Shown here in pieces: positions 52,790 to 60,945 of a DNA stretch of 64,000 nt (position 1 is its first letter; the number at the start of each line of letters is the position of its first letter). Made by a program: the position numbers and the translations under genes. The stretch is from an uncultured Gammaproteobacteria bacterium (lineage in GTDB: Bacteria; Patescibacteriota; Patescibacteriia; Patescibacteriales; Patescibacteriaceae). The DNA lies in assembly GCA_964438845.1 (NCBI GenBank), contig CAYTLN010000002.1, positions 4,668 through 68,667 on the forward strand, read 5' to 3'. The notes beneath the pieces were generated by a model. The model had not been told where the DNA came from and made no database searches. It worked only from the letters and a program-made list of their open reading frames with translations.

Positions 52790-53963
52790 AGGGAGCCAGT
52801 CGATAGATCTTGTCATCGCCCGAGCGGACTGTTCCGCGCCCGTCCCGGTTTGACGTCGTGAAGTAGATAGCTCCGTCAGGGCCCTGGATAACGTCCCGGA
52901 TACGTCCGACTGAAATATCGGCCAGTTTTTCAAAGGCCGAAATCCGTTCCGGATTTTTCAGATCGATAGTCAGATGGAAGAGGCCCTCGCCCTTGAGGGC
53001 GCCGAACAGCAGACTATTGGTAAATTGGGGCAGGACAGCGCCCGTATAGAATAAAAGCGATGCCGGGGCGACTGCAGGAGTGAATTCAAGGTGCGGGCTT
53101 TCGAGTCCGGCCTTATTTTCTTTATGATCGATGATCGGCCAGCCGTAATTCTTTCCGGCTTCGATCAGGTTGACTTCATCGCCGCCCGCAGGCCCGTCGA
53201 AGACGGAGGGGCCGTGCTCCGTTTCCCAGAGCACGGAATGTACCGTGTCCAAGGCCAGCCCTTGCGGATTACGATGTCCGATCGTCCAGACCGCCGTCCC
53301 GAACGGGTTGTCTTTCGGAATCGAACCATCGCGGTTGATGCGCAGGATCTTGCCTCCCAGAGAGTCCTTATCTTGAGCTTGCTGGCGGTTGGTCGCGTCT
53401 CCGGTCGTAATGAGCAACGTCTTGTCGGGCATGAAGAAAAGGCGGCAGCCGGCATGGTTATCTGCCGCCGGAATTCCATCGATCAGCGTGACTATATCAG
53501 TGACAGCATTTCCAGAATCGGTAAAACTGATCACTTTATCATGCACGCCGTTATGGGAATAGGCGAGGCAGGCAAAGACGCGCTTAGTCGAGAGATAATC
53601 GGGATCGAGGGCTAGTCCCATCAACCCTTCTTCGCCGCTATGCGAGACCTCCGGGAAGCGGATAAGCGGCTCTTCCAATAGAGCTCCTTTTTCAATAATT
53701 CGGATCGCGCCGTTCCGTTCCGAAACAAGCAACCGCTCAGGCGAGGTAAAGACGATGCTCCAGGGTACGTAGAGGCCTTCCGCTACCGAAGTCAGTTCGT
53801 ATTTGGCAGGATGCATCCCGCTGTCATCCGCGAGCCGCGGATGCTGGACGGGGTCGGATGAGGAAGTTACGGGAGATTTGAAGAGGGCAAGATAATCAGC
53901 GCTATAGACGATAGCGGCAAGCAACAGGACAGTGATTGAAATGAATATGATCTTCTTTTTCAT
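52779..53963 (-). CDS. PQQ-dependent sugar dehydrogenase (soluble GSDH/sorbosone dehydrogenase family)
   Basis: 394 aa. N-terminal anchor. PWSIVFTSPERLLVSERNGAIRII, GLMGLALDPDY and IGHRNPQGLALD. Confidence 0.83.
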   Translation of the reverse strand: MKKKIIFISITVLLLAAIVYSADYLALFKSPVTSSSDPVQHPRLADDSGMHPAKYELTSVAEGLYVPWSIVFTSPERLLVSERNGAIRIIEKGALLEEPLIRFPEVSHSGEEGLMGLALDPDYLSTKRVFACLAYSHNGVHDKVISFTDSGNAVTDIVTLIDGIPAADNHAGCRLFFMPDKTLLITTGDATNRQQAQDKDSLGGKILRINRDGSIPKDNPFGTAVWTIGHRNPQGLALDTVHSVLWETEHGPSVFDGPAGGDEVNLIEAGKNYGWPIIDHKENKAGLESPHLEFTPAVAPASLLFYTGAVLPQFTNSLLFGALKGEGLFHLTIDLKNPERISAFEKLADISVGRIRDVIQGPDGAIYFTTSNRDGRGTVRSGDDKIYRLAPSTD

Positions 53964-54913
53964 GGCTGGAGAGCTGTGTCTTTAGAACCGTCCACACGTA
54001 TCTCAACGCTTTTGACGGTTGGAAATTGGAGCAGCGTCTGTTCGATCTGGCTGCGGACAGCACTGACGGAACAGGAGCCGGCAATCGTCAGCTCTTTTGA
54101 GAAGTTAACCCGTGCGATGCCCTCGGAATCGATGGCTAGGCCTTCGATGGCCGTGTTTTTCGGGATCAGGCTCCCGTATCCGTTTTTCTCTTCCTCGGAA
54201 ATCGGTCCGGCGATCAGCTGTTCCAAGGCTGCTCGGGCGGGCGCTTGCGTCTTGGCGATCGAACGGAACACCGGATAGACGACTGAACAATCAGTCGTGC
54301 CATTCTTCGTGTCATTAGGAAAATAGATGAGAACCGAAACGGTTCCGGCCTGTGTTCCGAATGTCACCGGGACGGTAAGCGAGTTATCGCGTTCGGCGAG
54401 GCCCGATGGATTATCTTTCTCGAGGATAAGGCGGCCTTTCGTGCGAGGGGTTGCTGAAAATTCTACCGTGGCTGAAAAATCCACAAACCCTTCAGTCATC
54501 CATTCGCCCTTGGCTTGGGCGTAACCGGCGCCGATCGTATTCCCGTTTTCGTCTTCAACACGGAGCGGGAAAGAGCCTTCGAAGAACCAGCTTCCTCGAG
54601 CTGACCCTGATACGGCCAGCGGCGAGGACACGGTATCGTTAGGCCGGGGAGTATCGATCCGGATTAGATCCGATTTCTCAATCTCATTGCCGATATCGCG
54701 GACATGACGTGTGCCGTCTGGCGCTATGCAGGCTTCAGGATATGATTCTTGGACAGGCAGTCCCGAAGCCGCGCATGAATCGAAATCCGTTATGTCGGGC
54801 GAAAGAGGAGTTTTTCCTGAATCCACGGAAATGTTTCGAAACGAAATGGCGACATAGACGATCAGGGCTACGAGCATGGCGCAGGAAATGATGATGAATG
54901 CTTGCTTTTTCAT
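53960..54913 (-). CDS. GerMN plus Gmad2 (Ig-like) domain protein
   Basis: Start at MKKQAFIIISCAMLV. Gmad2-like SSPLAVSGSARGSWFFEGSFPLRVEDENG. GerMN-like ALEQLIAGPISEEEKNGYGSLIP. ATGA overlap with the downstream gene. Confidence 0.78.
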   Translation of the reverse strand: MKKQAFIIISCAMLVALIVYVAISFRNISVDSGKTPLSPDITDFDSCAASGLPVQESYPEACIAPDGTRHVRDIGNEIEKSDLIRIDTPRPNDTVSSPLAVSGSARGSWFFEGSFPLRVEDENGNTIGAGYAQAKGEWMTEGFVDFSATVEFSATPRTKGRLILEKDNPSGLAERDNSLTVPVTFGTQAGTVSVLIYFPNDTKNGTTDCSVVYPVFRSIAKTQAPARAALEQLIAGPISEEEKNGYGSLIPKNTAIEGLAIDSEGIARVNFSKELTIAGSCSVSAVRSQIEQTLLQFPTVKSVEIRVDGSKDTALQP

Positions 54914-55001
54914 ATGATAAAAGTATACCAGCAAATAGCCTGCCCGACCACAAACGATTCTATGTGTGGCCAGATCGGACAAGCTATCGTATACTGGAAA
55001 T

Positions 55002-55877
55002 ATGAAGAAAATCCTGATCGTAAGCGCACTCGGCGCCTTGATATGCGGCGGATTCTTGTTCCGGTATGAAATCCAAGAAGCATATCAGAAGGGAGCAGCC
55101 TGGTTCGCGTCATCCGACGATCCGTCGATTGCGCAGATCAAGCAGGATTTTGAGCGTATTTCAATGCCAGCTCCGCTCCGTAACGATAGCGATGCGGAGG
55201 GCGGAACGTTGACCCGCGCCGGAGTCATCGCCGAAACTAATCGTCATCGGACAGCCGGATCGGTTTCCGCCGTCAAAGAGAATCAAACACTGGACAAGGC
55301 GGCTGAGATCAAGCTGAACGATATGTTTGAACGCCAATATTTTGCGCATGAATCACCGATAGGGGAGGGGCCGGCTGAAGTGGCAGCCAAAGCGGGGTAC
55401 GCGTATGTCGTTATCGGTGAGAATCTGGCTTTGGGAAATTTTTCTGGCGACGTTGAGCTCGTGCAAGGCTGGATGGACAGTCCGGGCCATCGCGAGAATA
55501 TTATGAATGTCGGTTATCTGGAAATCGGCGTAGCTGTCGGAAGGGGAATGTATGAAGGGAAGCTCACGTGGCTGGCTGTCCAGGAATTCGGAACTCCGGC
55601 CAGTGCTTGCTCTGCCCCTGATACGGGGCTCGAGGCCGCTATCAGGGATAAGAAATCAGCTATCTCCGCCCTTGAGCCTAAGATCGAGGCTAAGAAGCGT
55701 GAAATCGATTCATATGAACCGAAGCGCGGTGAGGGCTATAATGCCGCCGTCAGGGAATATAACGCGCTTATTTCCCGCTATAATGCCTCGGTAGCGGAAA
55801 CCAAGGGCCTGGTGTCCCAGTTCAATCTCCAAGTGGAGGGATACAACGCCTGTCTCAAACGATATTCGCACGATTAA
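55002..55877 (+). CDS. CAP/SCP (YkwD-like) domain protein
   Basis: Start at MKKILIVSALGALICGG. GENLALGNF and GWMDSPGHRENIMN. C-terminal coiled-coil tail. Confidence 0.8.
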   Translation: MKKILIVSALGALICGGFLFRYEIQEAYQKGAAWFASSDDPSIAQIKQDFERISMPAPLRNDSDAEGGTLTRAGVIAETNRHRTAGSVSAVKENQTLDKAAEIKLNDMFERQYFAHESPIGEGPAEVAAKAGYAYVVIGENLALGNFSGDVELVQGWMDSPGHRENIMNVGYLEIGVAVGRGMYEGKLTWLAVQEFGTPASACSAPDTGLEAAIRDKKSAISALEPKIEAKKREIDSYEPKRGEGYNAAVREYNALISRYNASVAETKGLVSQFNLQVEGYNACLKRYSHD

Positions 55878-55879
55878 AA

Positions 55880-55907
55880 AAACTGCCAATCGGCAGTTTA
55901 TTTTTTT
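55880..55907. terminator. bidirectional terminator
   Basis: AAACTGCC (55880-55887) pairs with GGCAGTTT (55892-55899) around an AATC loop, followed by TTTTTTT at 55901-55907. Overlaps the dedA stop. Confidence 0.6.
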
Positions 55908-56524
55908 GGCTTGAAAAAATGCCCCCATATCCTTTGACGAAGCTCCTTGTCCTTAAGAATATGGATCGCGCTCGGAAGAATGGAGAGTATGATTATAACG
56001 CCGATGATCGGCAAAAGATATGCATCGACATTCGGGATTACATTGCCTAGGAAGTAGCCGAGCAAACTGAGGCCGACAGCCCATAGCAACCCCCCGATGA
56101 CGTTGTACGCGAAGAATGTGTGGTAGGCCATATTCCCGACACCGGCCAGTATGGGCGCGAAGGTGCGTACGACCGGAATGAAACGAGCGAGAATGATTGT
56201 TTTTTTGCCGTGGCGCTCAAAGAAAGCTTGTGCCCGGGAGACGTTGTCCTTGTGGAAAAGGAGTGAGTCTTCGCGCTTGAAGAGTCGCGGCCCGAAGCGA
56301 TGTCCGAGAGCGTAGCCGACGCTATCTCCAGTAACGGCGGCGATGAATACCAGAGGTGTTAGGATCGCGATATTGAGCAGTCCTTGGGAGGCCAGGAAAC
56401 CCGCAGTAAAAAGCAGGCTATCGCCCGGGAGGAAGAATCCGATAAGCAAGCCTGATTCTGCAAAAACGATAGCGAAGAGGCCGGCGTAACCGGCCGTCGT
56501 TATAAGAAGCGGAAGGTCAAACAT
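55898..56524 (-). CDS. dedA: DedA family membrane protein
   Basis: 208 aa. GLLIGFFLPGDSLLFTAGFLA and ARFIPVVRTFAPILAG. Confidence 0.9.
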   Translation of the reverse strand: MFDLPLLITTAGYAGLFAIVFAESGLLIGFFLPGDSLLFTAGFLASQGLLNIAILTPLVFIAAVTGDSVGYALGHRFGPRLFKREDSLLFHKDNVSRAQAFFERHGKKTIILARFIPVVRTFAPILAGVGNMAYHTFFAYNVIGGLLWAVGLSLLGYFLGNVIPNVDAYLLPIIGVIIILSILPSAIHILKDKELRQRIWGHFFKPKK

Positions 56525-56552
56525 ACGGACAGTATAGCAGGCCGAAGGAAAA

Positions 56553-56581
56553 TTAAAAAGCAGCCGATTCCGTGGCTGCTT
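56553..56581 (-). terminator. intrinsic terminator (minus sense)
   Basis: AAGCAGCC (56558-56565) pairs with GGCTGCTT (56574-56581). In minus sense it is followed by TTTTTAATTTT. Confidence 0.6.
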
Positions 56582-56600
56582 CTTAATTATTCACGAGGTC

Positions 56601-56738
56601 TTAGATGGCGTCGTTTTCGTCGGTATCTTCGTCAGCTTTTTCTTCGCCGTCAGCGGCCTCATCGCCGCTTTCGTTTTCTTCTTCCTCAGGGTTGCCGCCC
56701 ATGTCATCCTGAGCGGTGATGTTTAGTTCGTCGATCAT
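56601..56738 (-). CDS. hypothetical highly acidic 45-aa protein
   Basis: MIDELNITAQDDMGGNPEEEENESGDEAADGEEKADEDTDENDAI. AAGGG lies 7-8 nt before this ATG. The track start at 56792 has no SD. Confidence 0.45.
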   Translation of the reverse strand: MIDELNITAQDDMGGNPEEEENESGDEAADGEEKADEDTDENDAI

Positions 56739-56817
56739 ATTGTTACCCTTAGATTTATTAGATCGCGCGCTGCCCAAAAGCGGCGATGTCATGTACCTAT
56801 ACGTACATATGATAATA

Positions 56818-56846
56818 ATGTTACGGTAGTGCTTTTATGTCGTCAA
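56818..56846 (-). promoter_or_regulatory. sigma70-type promoter (minus strand)
   Basis: Minus-strand TTGACG (56846-56841), 17-nt spacer, TAACAT (56823-56818). Confidence 0.45.
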
Positions 56847-56879
56847 GACTGTTTATGATCAGCAGGAGACTGAGTCGAA

Positions 56880-57188
56880 TAAAAAAAGCCCCCGGGATTT
56901 CTTTTTTTTAAACATGTTGTTTAAAATGAAATCGGGAGGCTTCAAATGAGAACAAAGCGTGTTAATTAACCTATTCTAATCTCCAATTTTCAACGGAGGT
57001 TGAAAAAGGGGGAGTGCGGGGAAACTGATTTTTCAGTTGTCGAGAACACCCGCACATATATTTTAAGAAACCACAGAAAGAACTGAATAAATAAGCTCAG
57101 CCAATGTTTTGTATCGACCTTCTTGCCATGTCGACTGTTTAGTAGGGAACACTACCTAACGTTTTTTGACTGAGCTTATATTTTATAT
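56880..57188 (-). ncRNA. candidate non-coding transcript of about 300 nt, unclassified
   Basis: Minus promoter at 57195-57223. Contains a 10-bp closing stem (57091-57100 with 57170-57179), nested GTGCGGG/CCCGCAC (57014-57055), and TTCAAC-GGAG-GTTGAA (56989-57004). Terminal hairpin at 56886-56942, followed by a U7 tract in minus sense. Confidence 0.4.
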
Positions 57189-57194
57189 ATCCAC

Positions 57195-57223
57195 AGTCTA
57201 TCATATCAAAAAATAAAGGTCAA
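57195..57223 (-). promoter_or_regulatory. extended -10 promoter (minus strand)
   Basis: Minus-strand TTGACC (57223-57218), 17-nt spacer, TGA-TAGACT (-10 at 57200-57195). Confidence 0.5.
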
Positions 57224-57264
57224 AAATAGCTAATATTAGCATTATTTAGTGAATCAGAAGGGGA

Positions 57265-57292
57265 TTGACATTTTCATTAAAACATGTAGAAT
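57265..57292 (+). promoter_or_regulatory. sigma70-type promoter
   Basis: TTGACA (57265-57270), 16-nt spacer, TAGAAT (57287-57292). Confidence 0.6.
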
Positions 57293-57353
57293 ATATGGGT
57301 TACTAGTATAGTTTTTTGAAAAATTAGACATTAAACAGAAAGGGGACACTATT

Positions 57354-58073
57354 ATGTCTGTCTACACACGCAACACAGTGCTGATCGCAAACCAGAATGT
57401 CGGTGCGGCGAAGGCGCACCCTGCTTCATATTTAGAAAACACCTTTGAGACCCTCCCGCTACCGAAAAAATATGAGATCAGAGAGGATGCGTATGCCTCG
57501 GCGACAAGTCTGGCAGGCAAGCTAAGCTCGCTCATCGATTTAGCACGGTTTGTCGGCACGTTACGTACCATTAATAAGGAACTGTACTCTAAGGGTATAA
57601 AAGCCTTGCGGAATGGGGCTAAACTGCTTTTGAGCTCGTACAAAAATGTTCATATGGGGGCGGACATACTGCAGCTCAACCGGATCGTTGGCACTGCGGT
57701 TATATCCGCCAAGGATCATAAGAAATATTCAGACATGTTCTCAAAGGAAGTTTCTAAGATGTTTTACTCAAAGCCAGAGAAAGAGGCTGAATCTCAGGAG
57801 CGCCTCCGGTATCTCCTGTCATTACAGGCGAAGATCCATCCGGCCGCGCCTCTTACCCAGGTCATCCTATCCAGAGCCTTTGACTTCGGGAAGCAAACAT
57901 GCCTTAAGCCGATCCGACAGATAATCGGGGAATACGAGATAGCTCTTAACGAAGAGAATCAGCGCAAGCTTGATTCGGTTGCCGAGTTGACCTATAAGCC
58001 CCGGACTGAAGCCGCTTTCTCTAAGCCCGGGAAAGACACAGAGCTCTATATGGGCAACAGATCAGCAATATAA
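57354..58073 (+). CDS. hypothetical protein (orphan, helical)
   Basis: 239 aa. SD GAAAGGGGA 8 nt upstream. Has its own promoter and terminator. No domain recognised. Confidence 0.6.
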   Translation: MSVYTRNTVLIANQNVGAAKAHPASYLENTFETLPLPKKYEIREDAYASATSLAGKLSSLIDLARFVGTLRTINKELYSKGIKALRNGAKLLLSSYKNVHMGADILQLNRIVGTAVISAKDHKKYSDMFSKEVSKMFYSKPEKEAESQERLRYLLSLQAKIHPAAPLTQVILSRAFDFGKQTCLKPIRQIIGEYEIALNEENQRKLDSVAELTYKPRTEAAFSKPGKDTELYMGNRSAI

Positions 58074-58088
58074 AATGATAGTAGCAAC

Positions 58089-58128
58089 TATGGCCGGTAT
58101 TCATATAATAGTGAAGCCGGCTATTTTT
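58089..58128 (+). terminator. intrinsic terminator
   Basis: ATGGCCGG (58089-58096) pairs with CCGGCTAT (58116-58123), followed by a T-run to 58128. Confidence 0.5.
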
Positions 58129-58230
58129 TATGTTGATTATGTCGTATAAGTATGATTGTGCGACATGGTGTAAACCTGAGAAAGGCAGGCTTTTTTACGC
58201 TCCCCCGAGCCACCAGCATATTCGGGCAAT

Positions 58231-58257
58231 AAAAAAGCCGATAGGATCATCGGCTTT
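58231..58257 (-). terminator. intrinsic terminator (minus sense)
   Basis: AAAGCCGAT (58234-58242) pairs with ATCGGCTTT (58249-58257). In minus sense it is followed by TTTTTTATT. Confidence 0.6.
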
Positions 58258-58278
58258 AAAAAGGTAAGAGAAAACTTT

Positions 58279-58716
58279 TTATGGTATGATACTTCTTTTC
58301 ATATCTTTTTTACCCCTGAGATAATTGGGTTTGGCGTCTCCCCTGCCTTTGAGGCCCAGGTTAGGTCTGGTGGCTGCGAAAATCTCTGCTTTCGACCAGA
58401 CTCCCCCGGTTTTCCCGCTGTCATAGCTGACATAGATGGTAATGTCTACCCCATAGTCATCTTTAAGGCTGACTCTGCTGTTGTAGAGTTTGTGGGCTAC
58501 CCATTCCTCTTTCAGCGGCGTCATCTGGATCATATCTCCATCGACTTCAAGCATGGCAGGTTCGGCAGAGGGATCGATGCCGGTTTCGCTGAGTTCTCTC
58601 AGCAGGCCGCTGTCGAGCTTGGTATGGTCGGGGAATAAAAAGTACTGGGGTGCGCGTTTCGGCGGAGCCGTGACAGTCGCTTCTTTTGCGTTTGTTGATT
58701 CTTCTGCTAGCTTCAT
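58279..58716 (-). CDS. hypothetical protein (orphan)
   Basis: 145 aa with its own terminator. No domain recognised. Confidence 0.5.
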   Translation of the reverse strand: MKLAEESTNAKEATVTAPPKRAPQYFLFPDHTKLDSGLLRELSETGIDPSAEPAMLEVDGDMIQMTPLKEEWVAHKLYNSRVSLKDDYGVDITIYVSYDSGKTGGVWSKAEIFAATRPNLGLKGRGDAKPNYLRGKKDMKRSIIP

Positions 58717-58825
58717 GGAAAATCCTTTCTCTCGTAAAGATTCGTTTATGTATCGTTTATGAATGTATTACAGCAAATTGTAAGATGATACTGAGGCTAA
58801 GTCAAGCCTATGGCATACTGGCCCT

Positions 58826-59209
58826 ATGACTACCCGAGACCTTACACCCGAGCAACGGCGTATCCTGCTTGAAAAGGGAACGGAAATCCCCTTTTCCAGT
58901 CCGCTATATGAAGAAAAACGAGCCGGGACATATTATGCCGCGGATTCGATGAAGCCGGTATTCCGTTCGGAGCAGAAATATGCCTCCGGCAGCGGCTGGC
59001 CGAGCTTTTGGGCTCCGATCGATGATCAAGCCGTGATTCTCAAAGAGGACGTTTCGCATGGAATGAAACGGACCGAAGTACTTTCCTCTGACGGCGGCCA
59101 TCTTGGACATGTCTTTGATGACGGCCCTCAGCCAACAGGAAAGCGCTACTGTATCAACGGAGATGCGCTTGTCTTCCTACCTGATGAAGATACGAAAAAG
59201 CCGGTCTGA
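58826..59209 (+). CDS. msrB: peptide-methionine (R)-S-oxide reductase
   Basis: 127 aa. GSGWPSFWAPI, HLGHVFDDGP and RYCINGDAL. TGG-CATACT lies 6 nt before the ATG. Confidence 0.9.
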   Translation: MTTRDLTPEQRRILLEKGTEIPFSSPLYEEKRAGTYYAADSMKPVFRSEQKYASGSGWPSFWAPIDDQAVILKEDVSHGMKRTEVLSSDGGHLGHVFDDGPQPTGKRYCINGDALVFLPDEDTKKPV

Positions 59210-59221
59210 CGACCGGCTTTT
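59198..59221. terminator. bidirectional terminator
   Basis: AAGCCGGTC (59198-59206) pairs with GACCGGCTT (59211-59219) around a TGAC loop. T-runs on both strands. The msrB stop lies inside the stem-loop. Confidence 0.65.
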
Positions 59222-59237
59222 GACATGTGGAATTTCT

Positions 59238-59657
59238 CTATTGCCAGGCGCCGACAATCGCTCCCATGATTACCATGCCGGCCACGCCGTAGCCTGCGTT
59301 GATGAGGAAAAGCCGTAGGCTCTTATTCTCATAGACATAATGAGCGGCTGTAGACGTTGCAATCAGTCCCAGGCCGATATAGAGCCCCATATTCACACCG
59401 TCCTTGAATTCAGCGCCAGTACCGATGACGGTAGCGAGCACGATTGCCATGGCACCGTACATCAGGAAACTGGTCACGAAGATCTTGAGCATGCTATTGA
59501 TCCCCGGCTTGCGATTAGTATCGAATCCATTGTCGTCCACCCAGTCCCTGAGGAACATGACCGGAGAATACCAGACCGATCCGAGGAGGAAATGAGCGAT
59601 TGCCGCCACGAGGACGGCGAGGTAGTTAACGTTTGCCAACGCGGTAAAGATATCCAT
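59238..59657 (-). CDS. DUF1761 family membrane protein
   Basis: 139 aa. NYLAVLVAAIAHFLLGSVWYSPVMF. Confidence 0.72.
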   Translation of the reverse strand: MDIFTALANVNYLAVLVAAIAHFLLGSVWYSPVMFLRDWVDDNGFDTNRKPGINSMLKIFVTSFLMYGAMAIVLATVIGTGAEFKDGVNMGLYIGLGLIATSTAAHYVYENKSLRLFLINAGYGVAGMVIMGAIVGAWQ

Positions 59658-59661
59658 ACGA

Positions 59662-60210
59662 TTATTCGGCCGCTTGCCAAGATTTCATCTGCTCTATCTC
59701 GGCTTCCTGGGCGGCGATTATTTTTTCAGCAAGGGACTTGATTTCGGCAGAGCTTGATTTTTCGATGGCCATCTTCGCCATTTCAATGGCGCCTTCGTGG
59801 TGGACGGTCATCTGGATAAGGAATTCCTTATCGAACGACTCCCCTTCTTTGTTTGCAAGCATCGCCGTCATGTCGGCCATCATCCGTTCCATCGAAACAG
59901 GAGACATGCCCCTGCTCATGCTGTCGCTATGGCAGATAGGGCCTGAGCATGGCAGTCCGACAGGTCCGCCTTTGCCGCGCAGATCGTTTGTAATTCCGCT
60001 TCCGAATGAAAAGCCGATCCAGAAAACGAGCATTACGAGAAAGACCGTTATCATCAGTTTGAAAATCAAGCACAGGAAACACGCGGTGCTCGCGCAGCCG
60101 ACTGCCGGCGCCGAGCGGTGCGCGGGAGCAGCCGCCGCTGCGGCCGGAACCTGTTTCGGCTTCCGCGCCTTCAAAGTCGTCGAACGTTTTACGGTTTTTG
60201 TTTTTACCAT
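59662..60210 (-). CDS. DUF305 domain protein
   Basis: 182 aa. TM anchor. FDKEFLIQMTVHHEGAIEMAK...AEKIIAAQEAEIEQMKSW. Confidence 0.8.
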   Translation of the reverse strand: MVKTKTVKRSTTLKARKPKQVPAAAAAAPAHRSAPAVGCASTACFLCLIFKLMITVFLVMLVFWIGFSFGSGITNDLRGKGGPVGLPCSGPICHSDSMSRGMSPVSMERMMADMTAMLANKEGESFDKEFLIQMTVHHEGAIEMAKMAIEKSSSAEIKSLAEKIIAAQEAEIEQMKSWQAAE

Positions 60211-60341
60211 ATATGTGTAAAATTAATGTGCTTATAGTATAGCAGAAAAGTTTCACTACTCACAATATTCGCATGTAACGTACGCCCGTTTCCTTCGTAT
60301 GCTATACTGACAGTGTTTGTTAACTCACTAACCGAACATAT

Positions 60342-60545
60342 ATGGCTTCAAGCAAGATTGGAAATACGATCAAGGTTCTCGGCTTCCTGACGATAGTCGG
60401 AACCGTTCTCGCCAAGGCCCTTCCCCTGCTCAAGCAGGAGAACCCGAAGCTTAAAAAGAAGCTTGATCATATCGGCGGTTTACTCAATGATCTGAAAGAG
60501 GATATTGTCGAGCTGACCGACATGGCACGGTCCAAGAAAAAGTAA
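60342..60545 (+). CDS. hypothetical small membrane-anchored protein
   Basis: 67 aa. One TM followed by a charged helix. TGC-TATACT at 60300-60308. A terminator follows. Confidence 0.5.
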   Translation: MASSKIGNTIKVLGFLTIVGTVLAKALPLLKQENPKLKKKLDHIGGLLNDLKEDIVELTDMARSKKK

Positions 60546-60561
60546 GTAAAGACTATAAGTG

Positions 60562-60586
60562 AAACCCGGCTGATAACCGGGTTTTT
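60562..60586 (+). terminator. intrinsic terminator
   Basis: AAACCCGG (60562-60569) pairs with CCGGGTTT (60577-60584), with a T-run extending to 60586. Confidence 0.6.
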
Positions 60587-60603
60587 CGTGCTATTTTACT
60601 TTA

Positions 60604-60632
60604 TTGACAGGATATGAATTATATGTTATATT
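60604..60632 (+). promoter_or_regulatory. sigma70-type promoter
   Basis: TTGACA (60604-60609), 17-nt spacer, TATATT (60627-60632). Confidence 0.55.
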
Positions 60633-60657
60633 AGGGACAACTTAAAAAAAGGGTAGC

Positions 60658-60876
60658 ATGTCAGAAGAAAATAAAAATGCCAAGACGCTTAAAACGATCG
60701 AGGCAGAAGGCTTTGTTTTCGGAGGGGATATAGCTGTTGGATTCGCCTGGTATAAAAAGGACAACGAATGCAACATCGTTAATAAAGAAACCGAAGAGGT
60801 CGTTTCATCGTATCCCGCGGTTTCGCCTCCCCTCTCTGAAGAGGAGTGTAAAACTTGGTTCGGTTTTATACCGTAG
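60658..60876 (+). CDS. hypothetical protein
   Basis: 72 aa. AAAGGG upstream of the start. Has its own promoter and terminator. Confidence 0.45.
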   Translation: MSEENKNAKTLKTIEAEGFVFGGDIAVGFAWYKKDNECNIVNKETEEVVSSYPAVSPPLSEEECKTWFGFIP

Positions 60877-60920
60877 CTTAAAGGAGCCCTCTCGGGTTTC
60901 CGTGCCAAATCGTAACTTAA

Positions 60921-60945
60921 GGAAATCTTACAGGTTTCCTTTTTT
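60921..60945 (+). terminator. intrinsic terminator
   Basis: GGAAATC (60921-60927) pairs with GGTTTCC (60933-60939), with one G-U pair, followed by TTTTTT at 60940-60945. Confidence 0.55.

Noticed and set aside
57091-57179. The 10-bp inverted repeat ATAAGCTCAG/CTGAGCTTAT as the ends of a miniature transposable element.
   Set aside because: No flanking target-site duplication is visible and there is no second copy in this window. The 69-nt interior has its own helices. It is treated as an RNA stem within the ncRNA candidate, pending a genome-wide copy search.
58826-59209. MsrB lacking both CxxC zinc motifs: YYAADSMKPVF and VLSSDGGHLGHVF, where many MsrBs have Cys pairs.
   Set aside because: Zinc-free MsrB forms are a well-known natural class. 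The catalytic RYCIN cysteine is intact, so this is not unusual.
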